Shown here piece by piece: positions 10,620 to 19,174 of a stretch of 32,000 bases of DNA. The notes beneath the pieces were generated by a model that ran no database searches, was not told the origin of the DNA, and was given only the letters and a program-made list of their open reading frames with translations. The position numbers were made by a program, and so were the translations under genes. Numbering within the stretch: the first letter of the stretch is position 1; each line of letters opens with the position of its first letter. The DNA is taken from NCBI RefSeq assembly GCF_000253055.1, contig NC_016070.1, positions 1,530,001 through 1,562,000 on the forward strand, written 5' to 3'. This DNA comes from Thermoproteus tenax Kra 1. GTDB taxonomy: Archaea; Thermoproteota; Thermoprotei; Thermoproteales; Thermoproteaceae.

Positions 10620-11096
10620 GTGGAGCTCGACCTAGTGGAGATCACGGGGCTCTTTGAGGAGATACGGCGTTTTTATTCTTACGTAAGCGACGAAAGTAGA
10701 TATATGCGTTTTCTGGCAGCTGTGAGGGATCCTGCTAGCGTATACAAGCATCTCTGGTCGTGCGGCGGCAGAAGCTTCTTGGTTCTTGAGGGGAGGCGGC
10801 CAGTCGCAATAGTCGACGTAACGCCGTGCGGCGAAGAGGCTGAGGCGGGCATCGTGGTGGCAGATGCACTGCAGGGGAGAGGCTACGGCACAAGGATAGC
10901 CGAGATATTCGCATCGTTGTTGCCTCGCCTCGGCTTTTGGCGAGTTAAGGCTGAGATATACAGAGAGAATATAAAGGCGTTGGCTCTGGCAAAGCGTATG
11001 GGAGCCGAGATCGACTGCTCCACTATAGTCTGTGTAGTGAGGTTGCAGCTAGCAACAAGATCCCGCGCTCAAGGCCCACTTTTAGCAGTTATCTGA
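10620..11096 (+). CDS. GNAT-family N-acetyltransferase-like protein
   Basis: AGIVVADALQGRGYGTRIAEIFAS (acetyl-CoA binding motif) and VYRENIKALALAKRMGAE. Confidence 0.75.
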   Translation: MELDLVEITGLFEEIRRFYSYVSDESRYMRFLAAVRDPASVYKHLWSCGGRSFLVLEGRRPVAIVDVTPCGEEAEAGIVVADALQGRGYGTRIAEIFASLLPRLGFWRVKAEIYRENIKALALAKRMGAEIDCSTIVCVVRLQLATRSRAQGPLLAVI

Positions 11097-11697
11097 ACAG
11101 CTCGCCGACCTCTCTAACGATCTCTGGTATCCTCTCTCTGGCCCTCTGCCGGGCCTCCTCATAGTAGTTATAGCCGGTTGGGTCTATCATAACGGTCAAC
11201 GGCCCGAAATCCTCTACCTCTAACACCCACATAGCCTCCGCCATGCCTAAATCGAGCCAGTGGACGTCCACTACTCTCCTGATGGCTTGTGCAGCGAGCA
11301 CTCCGGCGCCGCCGGTGAAGATGGCATAGGCGGCTTTATACTTCTTCATGGCCTCGGCAGTCCTCTTGCCCATGCCGCCCTTTCCCACTATGAGCTTGAC
11401 GCCCAGCCTCTCTATGACCTCGGCCTCAAACGCCTCCATTCTGGCCGAGGTCGTGGGCCCCATTGCTATGATCCTCCAACGGTCCTCCTCTTTCTTGGCC
11501 ACGGGCCCAGCATGATAGATGACGCCGCCTCTGAGATCGACAGGTAGCTGTTTGCCCTCTCTTAGGTGCTCCAACATTCTGGCGTGCGCGGCGTCTCTGG
11601 CGCTCACTATAACGCCAGATATATAGAGCGTATCTCCGACGCGGAGCCTCCCAACGTCGTCGTCGGAAAGTGGAGTCCTCAGTCTGTATGTAGCCAT
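11089..11697 (-). CDS. fumB: Fumarate hydratase class I, beta subunit
   Basis: MATYRLRTPLSDDDVGRLRVGDTLYISG, GPTTSARMEAFE, GKGGMGKRTAEAM; divergent from the alpha-subunit gene. Confidence 0.88.
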   Translation of the reverse strand: MATYRLRTPLSDDDVGRLRVGDTLYISGVIVSARDAAHARMLEHLREGKQLPVDLRGGVIYHAGPVAKKEEDRWRIIAMGPTTSARMEAFEAEVIERLGVKLIVGKGGMGKRTAEAMKKYKAAYAIFTGGAGVLAAQAIRRVVDVHWLDLGMAEAMWVLEVEDFGPLTVMIDPTGYNYYEEARQRARERIPEIVREVGELFR

Positions 11698-11804
11698 GGC
11701 TCAACTCCGTGTCTATAATTTTACGTTTTATTATCGTTTGAAGACGAAAAGAGGACAGACTCGCGGCGCCCACAATATTTTTCTATATACAACACATTTG
11801 ATCT

Positions 11805-12674
11805 ATGAACTTAGAGGAGGTCGTCATGAGGGCGGCCAAGGAGGCTATAACTAGGGCCAGCATATCGCCCGCCTTCGACGTCGTATCTGCGCTGAGGCGG
11901 GCGCGCGAGGTCGAGTCGTCTGAGGCGGCGAGGGTCCAGATAGGGGCCATCCTCAAGAATGTGGAGCTGGCCGCGTCTTCAACCGCCGCCGTGTGTCAAG
12001 ACACCGGCGTCCCCACGTTTTTCGTCAAGTTGGGAGACGGCTTCCCTATCAGGAGCAAGGTGCTGGCGATATTGACCGAGGCCGTCAGACAGGTGACCAA
12101 GGAGCTCCCGCTACGCCCCAATACGACGGATCCGTTCACCGAGAGGAACCCGGGCGACAATACGGGGGTCGGCGTCCCAGTCTTCGACGTCGAGCTCTTC
12201 GACGGCGACTATCTCCAGTTCACCTATGTGCCCAAGGGCGGCGGATCGGAGCTCCCCGGCAAGGCGATGGTTCTACCTCCCGGCACAGCCCTCAGAGATC
12301 TGCCCAAGATAGTGTTGGAGGCGGTCGTTGACGCTGGGCCAATGCCCTGTCCTCCAGTCATAGTGGGAATAGGCATAGGCCCCACCCTAGACGCCGCGGC
12401 TAAGTTGGCCAAAAAAGCTGCCACACTGAGGCCCGTCGGCTCGCGGAACCAGAACCCCGAGGTTGCCAAGATGGAGGAGGCCCTTCTGAGGGCCATAAAC
12501 AAGCTGGGCCTCGGAGCTCACGGAGTTGGAGGAGATGTGACTGCACTTGATGTACATATAGAGTACGCCTATAGGCATCCGGCCACCTTCGCGTTGGCCG
12601 TTATGTTCAGTTGTTGGGCCACTAGAAGGGCCACGGCGACGGTCTGGCCCGACGGGAGGTACCAAGTCGCCTAG
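11805..12674 (+). CDS. fumA: Fumarate hydratase class I, alpha subunit
   Basis: CQDTGVPTFFVKLG, LRPNTTDPFTERNPGDNTG, FTYVPKGGGSE, PCPPVIVGIGIG. Confidence 0.88.
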   Translation: MNLEEVVMRAAKEAITRASISPAFDVVSALRRAREVESSEAARVQIGAILKNVELAASSTAAVCQDTGVPTFFVKLGDGFPIRSKVLAILTEAVRQVTKELPLRPNTTDPFTERNPGDNTGVGVPVFDVELFDGDYLQFTYVPKGGGSELPGKAMVLPPGTALRDLPKIVLEAVVDAGPMPCPPVIVGIGIGPTLDAAAKLAKKAATLRPVGSRNQNPEVAKMEEALLRAINKLGLGAHGVGGDVTALDVHIEYAYRHPATFALAVMFSCWATRRATATVWPDGRYQVA

Positions 12675-12859
12675 CCTCTCCTCTTGTAGTACATCTCCAG
12701 CCACCTCCTGGCCGTCCCTTGGAAGTACTGCTCCAGTGCTGCCCTTATGGCCTCGCTTCTATCTATGAATATGCCCTTGGTTACCAGCAGGTCCACCTTA
12801 CGCACAGTGTTCTCGCTCAATTTTACAGAAATCAATATGAGCCTCCTTTTATTTTCCAT
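12671..12859 (-). CDS. Ribbon-helix-helix (CopG-like) DNA-binding protein
   Basis: MENKRRLILISVKLSENTVRKVDLLVTKGIFIDRSEAIRAALEQYF; start revised from 12916 because a TATA-like TTAAAATAAA lies about 26 nt upstream of 12859. Confidence 0.75.
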   Translation of the reverse strand: MENKRRLILISVKLSENTVRKVDLLVTKGIFIDRSEAIRAALEQYFQGTARRWLEMYYKRRG

Positions 12860-12893
12860 ATGAATTCTCTTTGGTTTTATTTTAATACTTCCG

Positions 12894-13196
12894 TTAGTCT
12901 CCCCTATAACTAACACAACCCCCTCCGACGGGAGGCATGAAGACCACCTCGTCGTTATCCTTCAGCCGTGTGTCGAGACCGGCCAAATAATCGATGGCCC
13001 TCCCGTTAACTAAGATGTTGTATTCGTCCTTCAGTTTGTCGCCGTCTAGGATCTCCTTCGATAGCCTCCCATTGTGCTTTCTGTCTATGGCCCTTATGAG
13101 GTCTCTCACGGTCGCCCCCTCGGGGACCTCAACAACATCCCTCATTGTGCCCATCAAGTCAAACAGAGTGGCTAGATACCTCACCCTAATATTCAT
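12894..13196 (-). CDS. MoaD/ThiS-family ubiquitin-like protein with residues beyond the Gly-Gly
   Basis: MNIRVRYLATLFDLMGTMRDVVEVPEGATVRDLI...ILVNGRAIDYLAGLDTRLKDNDEVVFMPPVGGGCVSYRGD. Confidence 0.8.
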   Translation of the reverse strand: MNIRVRYLATLFDLMGTMRDVVEVPEGATVRDLIRAIDRKHNGRLSKEILDGDKLKDEYNILVNGRAIDYLAGLDTRLKDNDEVVFMPPVGGGCVSYRGD

Positions 13197-13223
13197 AGGA
13201 AAAAGAGAACTTGTTTTTAAAAA

Positions 13224-15068
13224 TTAGAGTAAGTACTGGAACTCCTCCAGACCCAACCTCTTCAGAGTATCGTAGGTGGGCTTGCCGTCTACCCAGCCTC
13301 TCAGCTTGTAGTAGATCTTTATGCCCTCGTCGAACATCTTAGCGGCTGTGTGACCCTTGGCGGGGCCCGTCGGTATGGGGTTTCTGAAGTGCGGGTTGAG
13401 CTCGTCCTTAACCCACTTGCCCTCCTTGACGTGGAACAGCCTCTCGACGTTGAATATACGCTCTCCTATCGTCAGCATGTCCTCTGGAGTGACGTCCCAG
13501 TCGTAGGCCAGATTGAAGAGATAGGCCAAGTCCTTCTCAAAGATGCCCTCTCTGTCCAACGTGGCGAACTTGCAGTAGGTGACCGAGTCAGTCAACGCCA
13601 TTAAGTGTTGGGCATAGATAACTATCCTTGCTTGTTTTTCGATACACTCTGGCGTCTCACATAAGGGGTCCACCTTCTCGGGGACTCCCAAGACCTCCCA
13701 AGTGGGCGAGTATGCCTCTAAGTGGTCGCCCCCTCTGTTGGCGGTGAAATAGCTCAATGCGAAGCCCTTGAGGGATCTAGGGTCGTACGCGGGTAGGCCT
13801 TGGCCGCGGGATCCGCGGAAGACGCGCGGTTCGCCGTATTTGAGCGCCAGTCTGTAGTCGCCCTCAGCCAAGTCGTCCCCTATATCGCTTCTGTTGGCCA
13901 TCCTTATCACTAAATCTACTAAGGCGCCTGCATCGCCCCAGTCGATGTTCACCGGCAATTTGCCCATCTTTGCGAGCTCTAGGGCGGCCGCCAGCGTGTT
14001 GCCCAACGATATTGTGTCGAAGCCCAGCTCGTTGGCCAACTTCTGCAGTCTGAGGTCGGCCTCTGGGTCGAAGAGCCCTATATTGGCCCCCAGAGACCAA
14101 GTGTTTTCGTATTCGTACTTGGCCTTGCCTATGAACTTGAAGGGCCCTCCCTTGACCATCACATGTTGCGTGCAACCGATTGGGCACATCATACAGGCGT
14201 GCGTCTCAACAACGTAGTTCTTCTTGATGTACTCGCCCGTCAGCTTGTCTGCCTCCTCGGCATACGCCGTCTCGAAGTTCCTCGTGGGATACGCGCCTAT
14301 AGAGTTTATGACGGCCGTAAGCAAGTTCGTCCCGTAGATGTGAAGCGCCTTGGCGGTGGGCCCCGACATAAGGCGCTGAGCCAGCTTTGTCGACTCGGCT
14401 ATGAACTTAGCGCGGTCCTTGACGTCTTTCAACAAGTCCCTCGTCCCCCAGACCAATATACCTTTCAATTTCTTCGATCCCATGACGGCTCCGACTCCCC
14501 CGCGCCCAGCAAAGCGCTCGTAGTCGGACATCCTTATGCCGGCTATTCTTGACAGATTCTCGCCGGCCGGCCCAATGACGGCTACGCCCGCCGCCTTCTC
14601 CTCCTCAGGGAACCCGTTCTCCCTCAGAATGGCTTTGACGGCGGCGCCGGTCCATCTGCCCCAGAGGTGTCTTGCAGGCTTGATTGCGACGTCGCCGTCC
14701 TTGACTACGACGTAGACCGGCTCCTCCGAGGACCCCTCGATTATCAAGCCATCGTACCCCGACTTCCTCAGCCAGTAGGCGAAATTACCGCCCGCGTTGG
14801 CATGTGTCAACGAGCCTGTCAGAGGCGACTTAGTAACCACGGTGACGCGGCTCGTGGAGAGATTCGCCATTGCGGACAGCGGGCCGGCGAAGATGTACAG
14901 CCTGTTGCTCGGCGAGAATGGGTCTATGCCTCTAGGTATCTCCTTTAGCGCCAAGTAGGAGCCGAGCCCTCTGCCCCCCAAGAACTTCTTGAGCACATCG
15001 TCCTTGTAGACCTCCTCAGTGACCTTCTCGGTGCTCAAGTCTATCCTCGCAACCCTGAATATAGCCAT
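13224..15068 (-). CDS. Aldehyde ferredoxin oxidoreductase family tungsten/molybdenum enzyme
   Basis: FLGGRGLGSYLAL, FAGPLSAMANLSTSRVTVVTKSPLTG, AGGNFAYWLRKSGYDGLIIEG, ACMMCPIGCT Fe-S motif. Confidence 0.9.
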   Translation of the reverse strand: MAIFRVARIDLSTEKVTEEVYKDDVLKKFLGGRGLGSYLALKEIPRGIDPFSPSNRLYIFAGPLSAMANLSTSRVTVVTKSPLTGSLTHANAGGNFAYWLRKSGYDGLIIEGSSEEPVYVVVKDGDVAIKPARHLWGRWTGAAVKAILRENGFPEEEKAAGVAVIGPAGENLSRIAGIRMSDYERFAGRGGVGAVMGSKKLKGILVWGTRDLLKDVKDRAKFIAESTKLAQRLMSGPTAKALHIYGTNLLTAVINSIGAYPTRNFETAYAEEADKLTGEYIKKNYVVETHACMMCPIGCTQHVMVKGGPFKFIGKAKYEYENTWSLGANIGLFDPEADLRLQKLANELGFDTISLGNTLAAALELAKMGKLPVNIDWGDAGALVDLVIRMANRSDIGDDLAEGDYRLALKYGEPRVFRGSRGQGLPAYDPRSLKGFALSYFTANRGGDHLEAYSPTWEVLGVPEKVDPLCETPECIEKQARIVIYAQHLMALTDSVTYCKFATLDREGIFEKDLAYLFNLAYDWDVTPEDMLTIGERIFNVERLFHVKEGKWVKDELNPHFRNPIPTGPAKGHTAAKMFDEGIKIYYKLRGWVDGKPTYDTLKRLGLEEFQYLL

Positions 15069-15119
15069 AAGGTATCTCTTTTTTCACATTTATTAATTTA
15101 CTTATCCAAAAGTTGATAT

Positions 15120-15404
15120 TTAACCGCCGAAAGGTGAAACTATAATTATCAAATCGTTATCCTTAATTTTTGTTTTTAGCCCTTCCAAAAAATCTATTGA
15201 TCTCCCGTTCACTAAAATATCATGCATATCGATAATTTTATTATTTTTTATTATTTTATTTTTGAAGCCTTTATACAAACTATCAATTTTATCTATAACA
15301 TCTTCTACAGTGGAGCCCTCGGGCAGCTCTAGCTCTAGGCGTATCTGATCCACAGAGTCTAGGCCGAAGTAGAGCGGCGCCATTATTCTTACCTTGACTC
15401 TCAC
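15120..15404 (-). CDS. MoaD/ThiS-family ubiquitin-like protein ending in Gly-Gly
   Basis: GTG start; VRVKVRIMAPLYFGLDSVDQIRLELELPEGSTVEDVIDKI...ILVNGRSIDFLEGLKTKIKDNDLIIIVSPFGG*. Confidence 0.75.
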   Translation of the reverse strand: MRVKVRIMAPLYFGLDSVDQIRLELELPEGSTVEDVIDKIDSLYKGFKNKIIKNNKIIDMHDILVNGRSIDFLEGLKTKIKDNDLIIIVSPFGG

Positions 15405-15444
15405 GACAATCCCTAAGTTTAATAATAATTATGTCCTGCCAAAT

Positions 15445-16449
15445 ATGGTCAAGGTGTTCAGCTCAGGATCGCTGGAGCACTTGGCAGATAAATCAATAGC
15501 TGTAATAGGCTACGGCAACGTGGGGAGGTCGCTGGCGCTCAACTTCAGAGATTCTGGTCTCAACGTGGTTGTGGGCGATCTTCTCGGCAATGAATATTCG
15601 AAGAGGGCAAAGGCGGACGGATTCGAGCCGAGGCCTATACCTGAGGCCGCCGAGCTGGGCGACGTCGTAGTGCTGGCATTGCCCGACGATGTAACGCCGG
15701 AGGTGTTCAAGGCCGAGGTGGTGCCCGGCCTCCATGCCGGCAAGACGCTGATTCTTACGAGCGGCATGCCGACGGCCTACGGCTTGATACCGGTGCCCGG
15801 CGATGTAGACACGGCGTTGTTCGTCCCCAAGGTGCCCGGCGTTGTCATCAGAGACAGATATCTAGAGGGGAAGGGCTATGCCGCAGTGGTGGGAGTCGTA
15901 CAGGACGCGTCGGGCAACGCTCTCAATACGGCGTTGGCCATCGCAGCGGCAGCCGGCACATTTAGGCAGGGGGGCTTCGCCTTAGAGGCCTCTGCGGAGC
16001 AGGAGGCGTTGGCCGACCTAATCGGTGAGCAGGTGCTCAAGGCGGCCCTATTGGCCGCGATGGAGGTCGCCTTCACCGCAATGACGAAGGCAGGCGTGCC
16101 GCCAGAGTTGGCGGCGCTTGAGCTATACGCCTCGGGCGAGCTCGGCGAGTTGGCCAGACTCATGGCTCTGATGGGTCCCTACGGAGCTCTGAAGCTCCAG
16201 TCGCCCGTCGACGCCTACGGCCAATTGACGAGGTTGCGCGAATATGTGAGAGCTATGGAGCCTATAGCGGAGAGTATAGTCGATGAGCTGAGGACGGGCG
16301 AGTTCATAAGAGATCTATACCTCGAGAGGGCGACTGGCTACATCAAGCTGAACTCCATGTGGAGAGCCTCTGTGACGGGCGAGCTGGCTAGGGCCGACTC
16401 GAGGCTTAGAAGCCTACACCAGAGCTCCGTTGGCCCTCCGCGCGTTTAA
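15445..16449 (+). CDS. Divergent ketol-acid reductoisomerase-like NAD(P)-dependent protein
   Basis: Full-length KARI-like order of motifs: IAVIGYGNVGRSLALNFRDSGLNVVVG, AKADGFEP, VPKVPG, VVQDASGNAL, ALADLIGEQ. Start moved to M18 of the track ORF, about 25 nt after a TATA-like TTTAATAATAA. Confidence 0.7.
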   Translation: MVKVFSSGSLEHLADKSIAVIGYGNVGRSLALNFRDSGLNVVVGDLLGNEYSKRAKADGFEPRPIPEAAELGDVVVLALPDDVTPEVFKAEVVPGLHAGKTLILTSGMPTAYGLIPVPGDVDTALFVPKVPGVVIRDRYLEGKGYAAVVGVVQDASGNALNTALAIAAAAGTFRQGGFALEASAEQEALADLIGEQVLKAALLAAMEVAFTAMTKAGVPPELAALELYASGELGELARLMALMGPYGALKLQSPVDAYGQLTRLREYVRAMEPIAESIVDELRTGEFIRDLYLERATGYIKLNSMWRASVTGELARADSRLRSLHQSSVGPPRV

Positions 16450-16820
16450 GGGCCGTAGTAAAAACAGGGGGCCTCAAGCCCGCTCTCGCACACCTCGACC
16501 CAAGTGGCGCCGAGGGCTCTCGCTATATATCTGGCTAAACACTCCCCCGTGACTCCGTAGGGGCCGCAGGGTATTTCGAAGTATGGCTCGGGGGCATCGG
16601 CCTCTCTCTCGGACTTAAGGTATCGGCCGTGCATCTGCGTCAAGAGTCCGTCTAGCCTCCTCTTCAGTTCGTCCGCATCGATGAAATAGTCTACGTCGTC
16701 CGGGCCGCAGAAGGCCGCTCTTATCACATAGTCGTGGCCGTGCAATGTGCCCACCACCGGAGAAAAGGACGGCTTGTGGGCGACGGCTATCGAGCCCTTG
16801 ACTACGACGCAGAGCCTCAT
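16446..16820 (-). CDS. 6-pyruvoyl-tetrahydropterin synthase / QueD family protein
   Basis: VAHKPSF...LHGHDYVIRAAF zinc-binding HxH motif, GVTGECLARYIA, VEVCES. Confidence 0.75.
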   Translation of the reverse strand: MRLCVVVKGSIAVAHKPSFSPVVGTLHGHDYVIRAAFCGPDDVDYFIDADELKRRLDGLLTQMHGRYLKSEREADAPEPYFEIPCGPYGVTGECLARYIARALGATWVEVCESGLEAPCFYYGP

Positions 16821-16852
16821 ATGTTCAAATATCTCGGGCGTTTTATTGATTC

Positions 16853-17749
16853 GTGCGCCTGATTATAGACGTAGACAAGATCAACGCTGTAGCCGAGGCT
16901 CTGCGTAAGTTGAAGATAGAGCGCGATAGATACTTAGATGACAGATACTATCCTCCACAGTCCGATCCCAGAGAAAGACAGCTGGCGTACTTCATCTCTG
17001 TTGTGGCCGTGGATCACAGGACTTCGACGCCCTTAGGCGCGTTCGAGGGATATATAGATGGAGAGTTCTACCACGGCGCAGACGCCCTCTGGAGGCTTGC
17101 GCGCAAGGCCTACGACGAAGGCCTCTTCGAGCCGGACAGGTTGGCCAAACTGACCCCCGAGGACGCAGAGAGGCTCTTCTCGATAAACGGCGTGAAAGTC
17201 TGGGACTTTAACGTGCGCCTCTTCTTGCTGAGGGATCTAGGCGCCAAGGCTATAGAGGCGGGCGGCTTCCAGGGGCTTATAGACGACACAATTGAGGGCT
17301 TGGCCGCCAAGCTCGGCAGAGTCAGAGCCTATGAGGATCCCGTGAGGAAGAAGGTGCTCCTGTTGGCTAAGTTCCTCGACGGCAGAGGGCTCGTTCAGTT
17401 CAAGGACCGCGAAAATTTCGACGTACCGGTCGACAACCATTTGTCGAGGATAGCCTACCGTTTGGGCATCGTAGACGTAGACTATGACATATTGTTCAAG
17501 GGCCTTGAGCTGACCAGGGAGGAGGACGTGGAGGTCAGAAACAAGGTGAAGCTGTCTTGGCGCCTTGTGGCTAAGTTCTCGGGCCTCGACCCATTCGCTC
17601 TGGACGACTTTCTGTGGAGCTTCGGGAGGAGAGTCTGCGCCCGCGACCGGCCGAGATGCGAGGAGTGTCCGCTAAGAGATGTGTGCAAGGCGCGGTCTCT
17701 GGGGCGCTATCCGCCTGAGCACACCCACACGCTCACGTGGTATTACTAA
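16853..17749 (+). CDS. Endonuclease III-related protein with C-terminal Fe-S cluster motif
   Basis: GTG start; VPVDNHLSRIAYRLGIVD and CARDRPRCEECPLRDVCKA (C-x6-C-x2-C-x5-C). Confidence 0.65.
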   Translation: MRLIIDVDKINAVAEALRKLKIERDRYLDDRYYPPQSDPRERQLAYFISVVAVDHRTSTPLGAFEGYIDGEFYHGADALWRLARKAYDEGLFEPDRLAKLTPEDAERLFSINGVKVWDFNVRLFLLRDLGAKAIEAGGFQGLIDDTIEGLAAKLGRVRAYEDPVRKKVLLLAKFLDGRGLVQFKDRENFDVPVDNHLSRIAYRLGIVDVDYDILFKGLELTREEDVEVRNKVKLSWRLVAKFSGLDPFALDDFLWSFGRRVCARDRPRCEECPLRDVCKARSLGRYPPEHTHTLTWYY

Positions 17750-17778
17750 AACATATATACCTCGGCCGTTGTGGGCTC

Positions 17779-18216
17779 ATGAGGATTTCGGCGGGCGCTA
17801 AGTGGGGCGCCCTCGTCGGCCTCTTTAGCGGCGTCATCAACGACGTATTTACCTACGCATATAGGGAGGAGTTGGTGCGCTACGCGTATGAGACGCTCAT
17901 AAAGAACGGTGTACCGCCCCAAAGCGCCCAACAAATAGCTCAATCTACGCTCACTTTGATATATATAGGGGCGATCATCGGCGGCCTCATCGTCTGGATC
18001 ATCGTAGGCGTCATACTGGCGGCGGTCTGGGACAGACTTAGGTGGCCTTGGTACTCCAAGGGAGCCCTCTTTGGTCTCGCCTTGGCGCTCATAGGCGTTC
18101 TGGGAAATTTCGCGGGCGGTCCCGCCCAAGCTCCTGCGGCTTTTCAGCTGGGGCCAGTCTTAGATCTAGCCTTCGCCCTGCTCCTGGCTCATCTCTTAGT
18201 AAAATTCGGGGGGTAA
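17779..18216 (+). CDS. Hypothetical integral membrane protein
   Basis: MRISAGAKWGALVGLFSGVINDVF... with at least three hydrophobic helices; start revised from 17737 which overlaps the previous gene. Confidence 0.65.
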   Translation: MRISAGAKWGALVGLFSGVINDVFTYAYREELVRYAYETLIKNGVPPQSAQQIAQSTLTLIYIGAIIGGLIVWIIVGVILAAVWDRLRWPWYSKGALFGLALALIGVLGNFAGGPAQAPAAFQLGPVLDLAFALLLAHLLVKFGG

Positions 18217-18217
18217 C

Positions 18218-19171
18218 GTGGAGATACGCGCCGTAGCCCTGAACTTAAATTGGGATTTCGATGTAGAGAGGGCGAGCAAGTTTTTGAGGGAGGCCTCCAG
18301 ACTAAGCCCGAGGACTGTGAGGATCTCCGTGGCTACGCCGCCCAAAGAGGGACTGCGACAAGTGTTGAACGCGCTTGAGGAAACAGGGGCGCAGTACTTC
18401 GCCATAGGCATATATGAGGCCGAGGATTTGGAGGATCTCGTCAGAAGCTACGGAGTGTTTGCGTCAGTGACCTCAATAGAGAGGTATCTTGAGTTTCTCA
18501 CCACTATAGACAAAAGGGGAGAGCCCGAGCTAGCCAGATACGTGGCGTTGCTGCTCGGCGGAGTGGTGTACAACAGCCCGTATTATCCCGCTGCTGTGGT
18601 CAAATCCGAAGGCGTATCCCTCTCGCTCTTATACGCAGACGACTTAAGCTCGCCAGACGATGTAGCGGCCCTCCTGAAAAGCGCCGAGAGGATAGGCGAA
18701 TCCTTCGCGGAATCAATAGGCGAAAGGTTCTTGGGCGTCGACGGGAGTCTGTCGCCGTGGGGGGAGCACTCTGTGGCCAGAGCCATAGAGCGGCTCTTTG
18801 GAGTGCGTCTGGGCGGCTGGGGATCCCTAGCGGCAATAAAGGCTTTGAACGACTCGATCAGATCGGCGGGCGTGAGGTCAGTAGGCTTCAACGAAGTGAT
18901 GCTCCCTCTGGCCGAAGATGAGGAGTTGAAGCGATTGGCCCAAGAGGGGTCCCTAGACTTATACAAGCTTGCGTCCTACGCCTCCGTATGCGTCGCAGGC
19001 CTCGACATGGTGCCTGTGGAGGCCGACAGAGAGGCCCTCAGGAGGCTCCTTCTGGACTTGAAGGCCCTCGCTGAGACTAAGGCGAGGCCTGTTGGAGTGA
19101 GGATCTTCCCTGCGTCCGGCGAGTACTTCGAGGTGCCGGGCTTCGGGAGAACTCCCGTCCTCAAGGCGTAG
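18218..19171 (+). CDS. DUF711 / UPF0210-like protein
   Basis: VRISVATPP, FAESIGERFLGVDGSLSPWGE, RSVGFNEVMLPLAEDEELKRL, GLDMVPV; GTG start. Confidence 0.65.
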   Translation: MEIRAVALNLNWDFDVERASKFLREASRLSPRTVRISVATPPKEGLRQVLNALEETGAQYFAIGIYEAEDLEDLVRSYGVFASVTSIERYLEFLTTIDKRGEPELARYVALLLGGVVYNSPYYPAAVVKSEGVSLSLLYADDLSSPDDVAALLKSAERIGESFAESIGERFLGVDGSLSPWGEHSVARAIERLFGVRLGGWGSLAAIKALNDSIRSAGVRSVGFNEVMLPLAEDEELKRLAQEGSLDLYKLASYASVCVAGLDMVPVEADREALRRLLLDLKALAETKARPVGVRIFPASGEYFEVPGFGRTPVLKA

Positions 19172-19174
19172 GGC

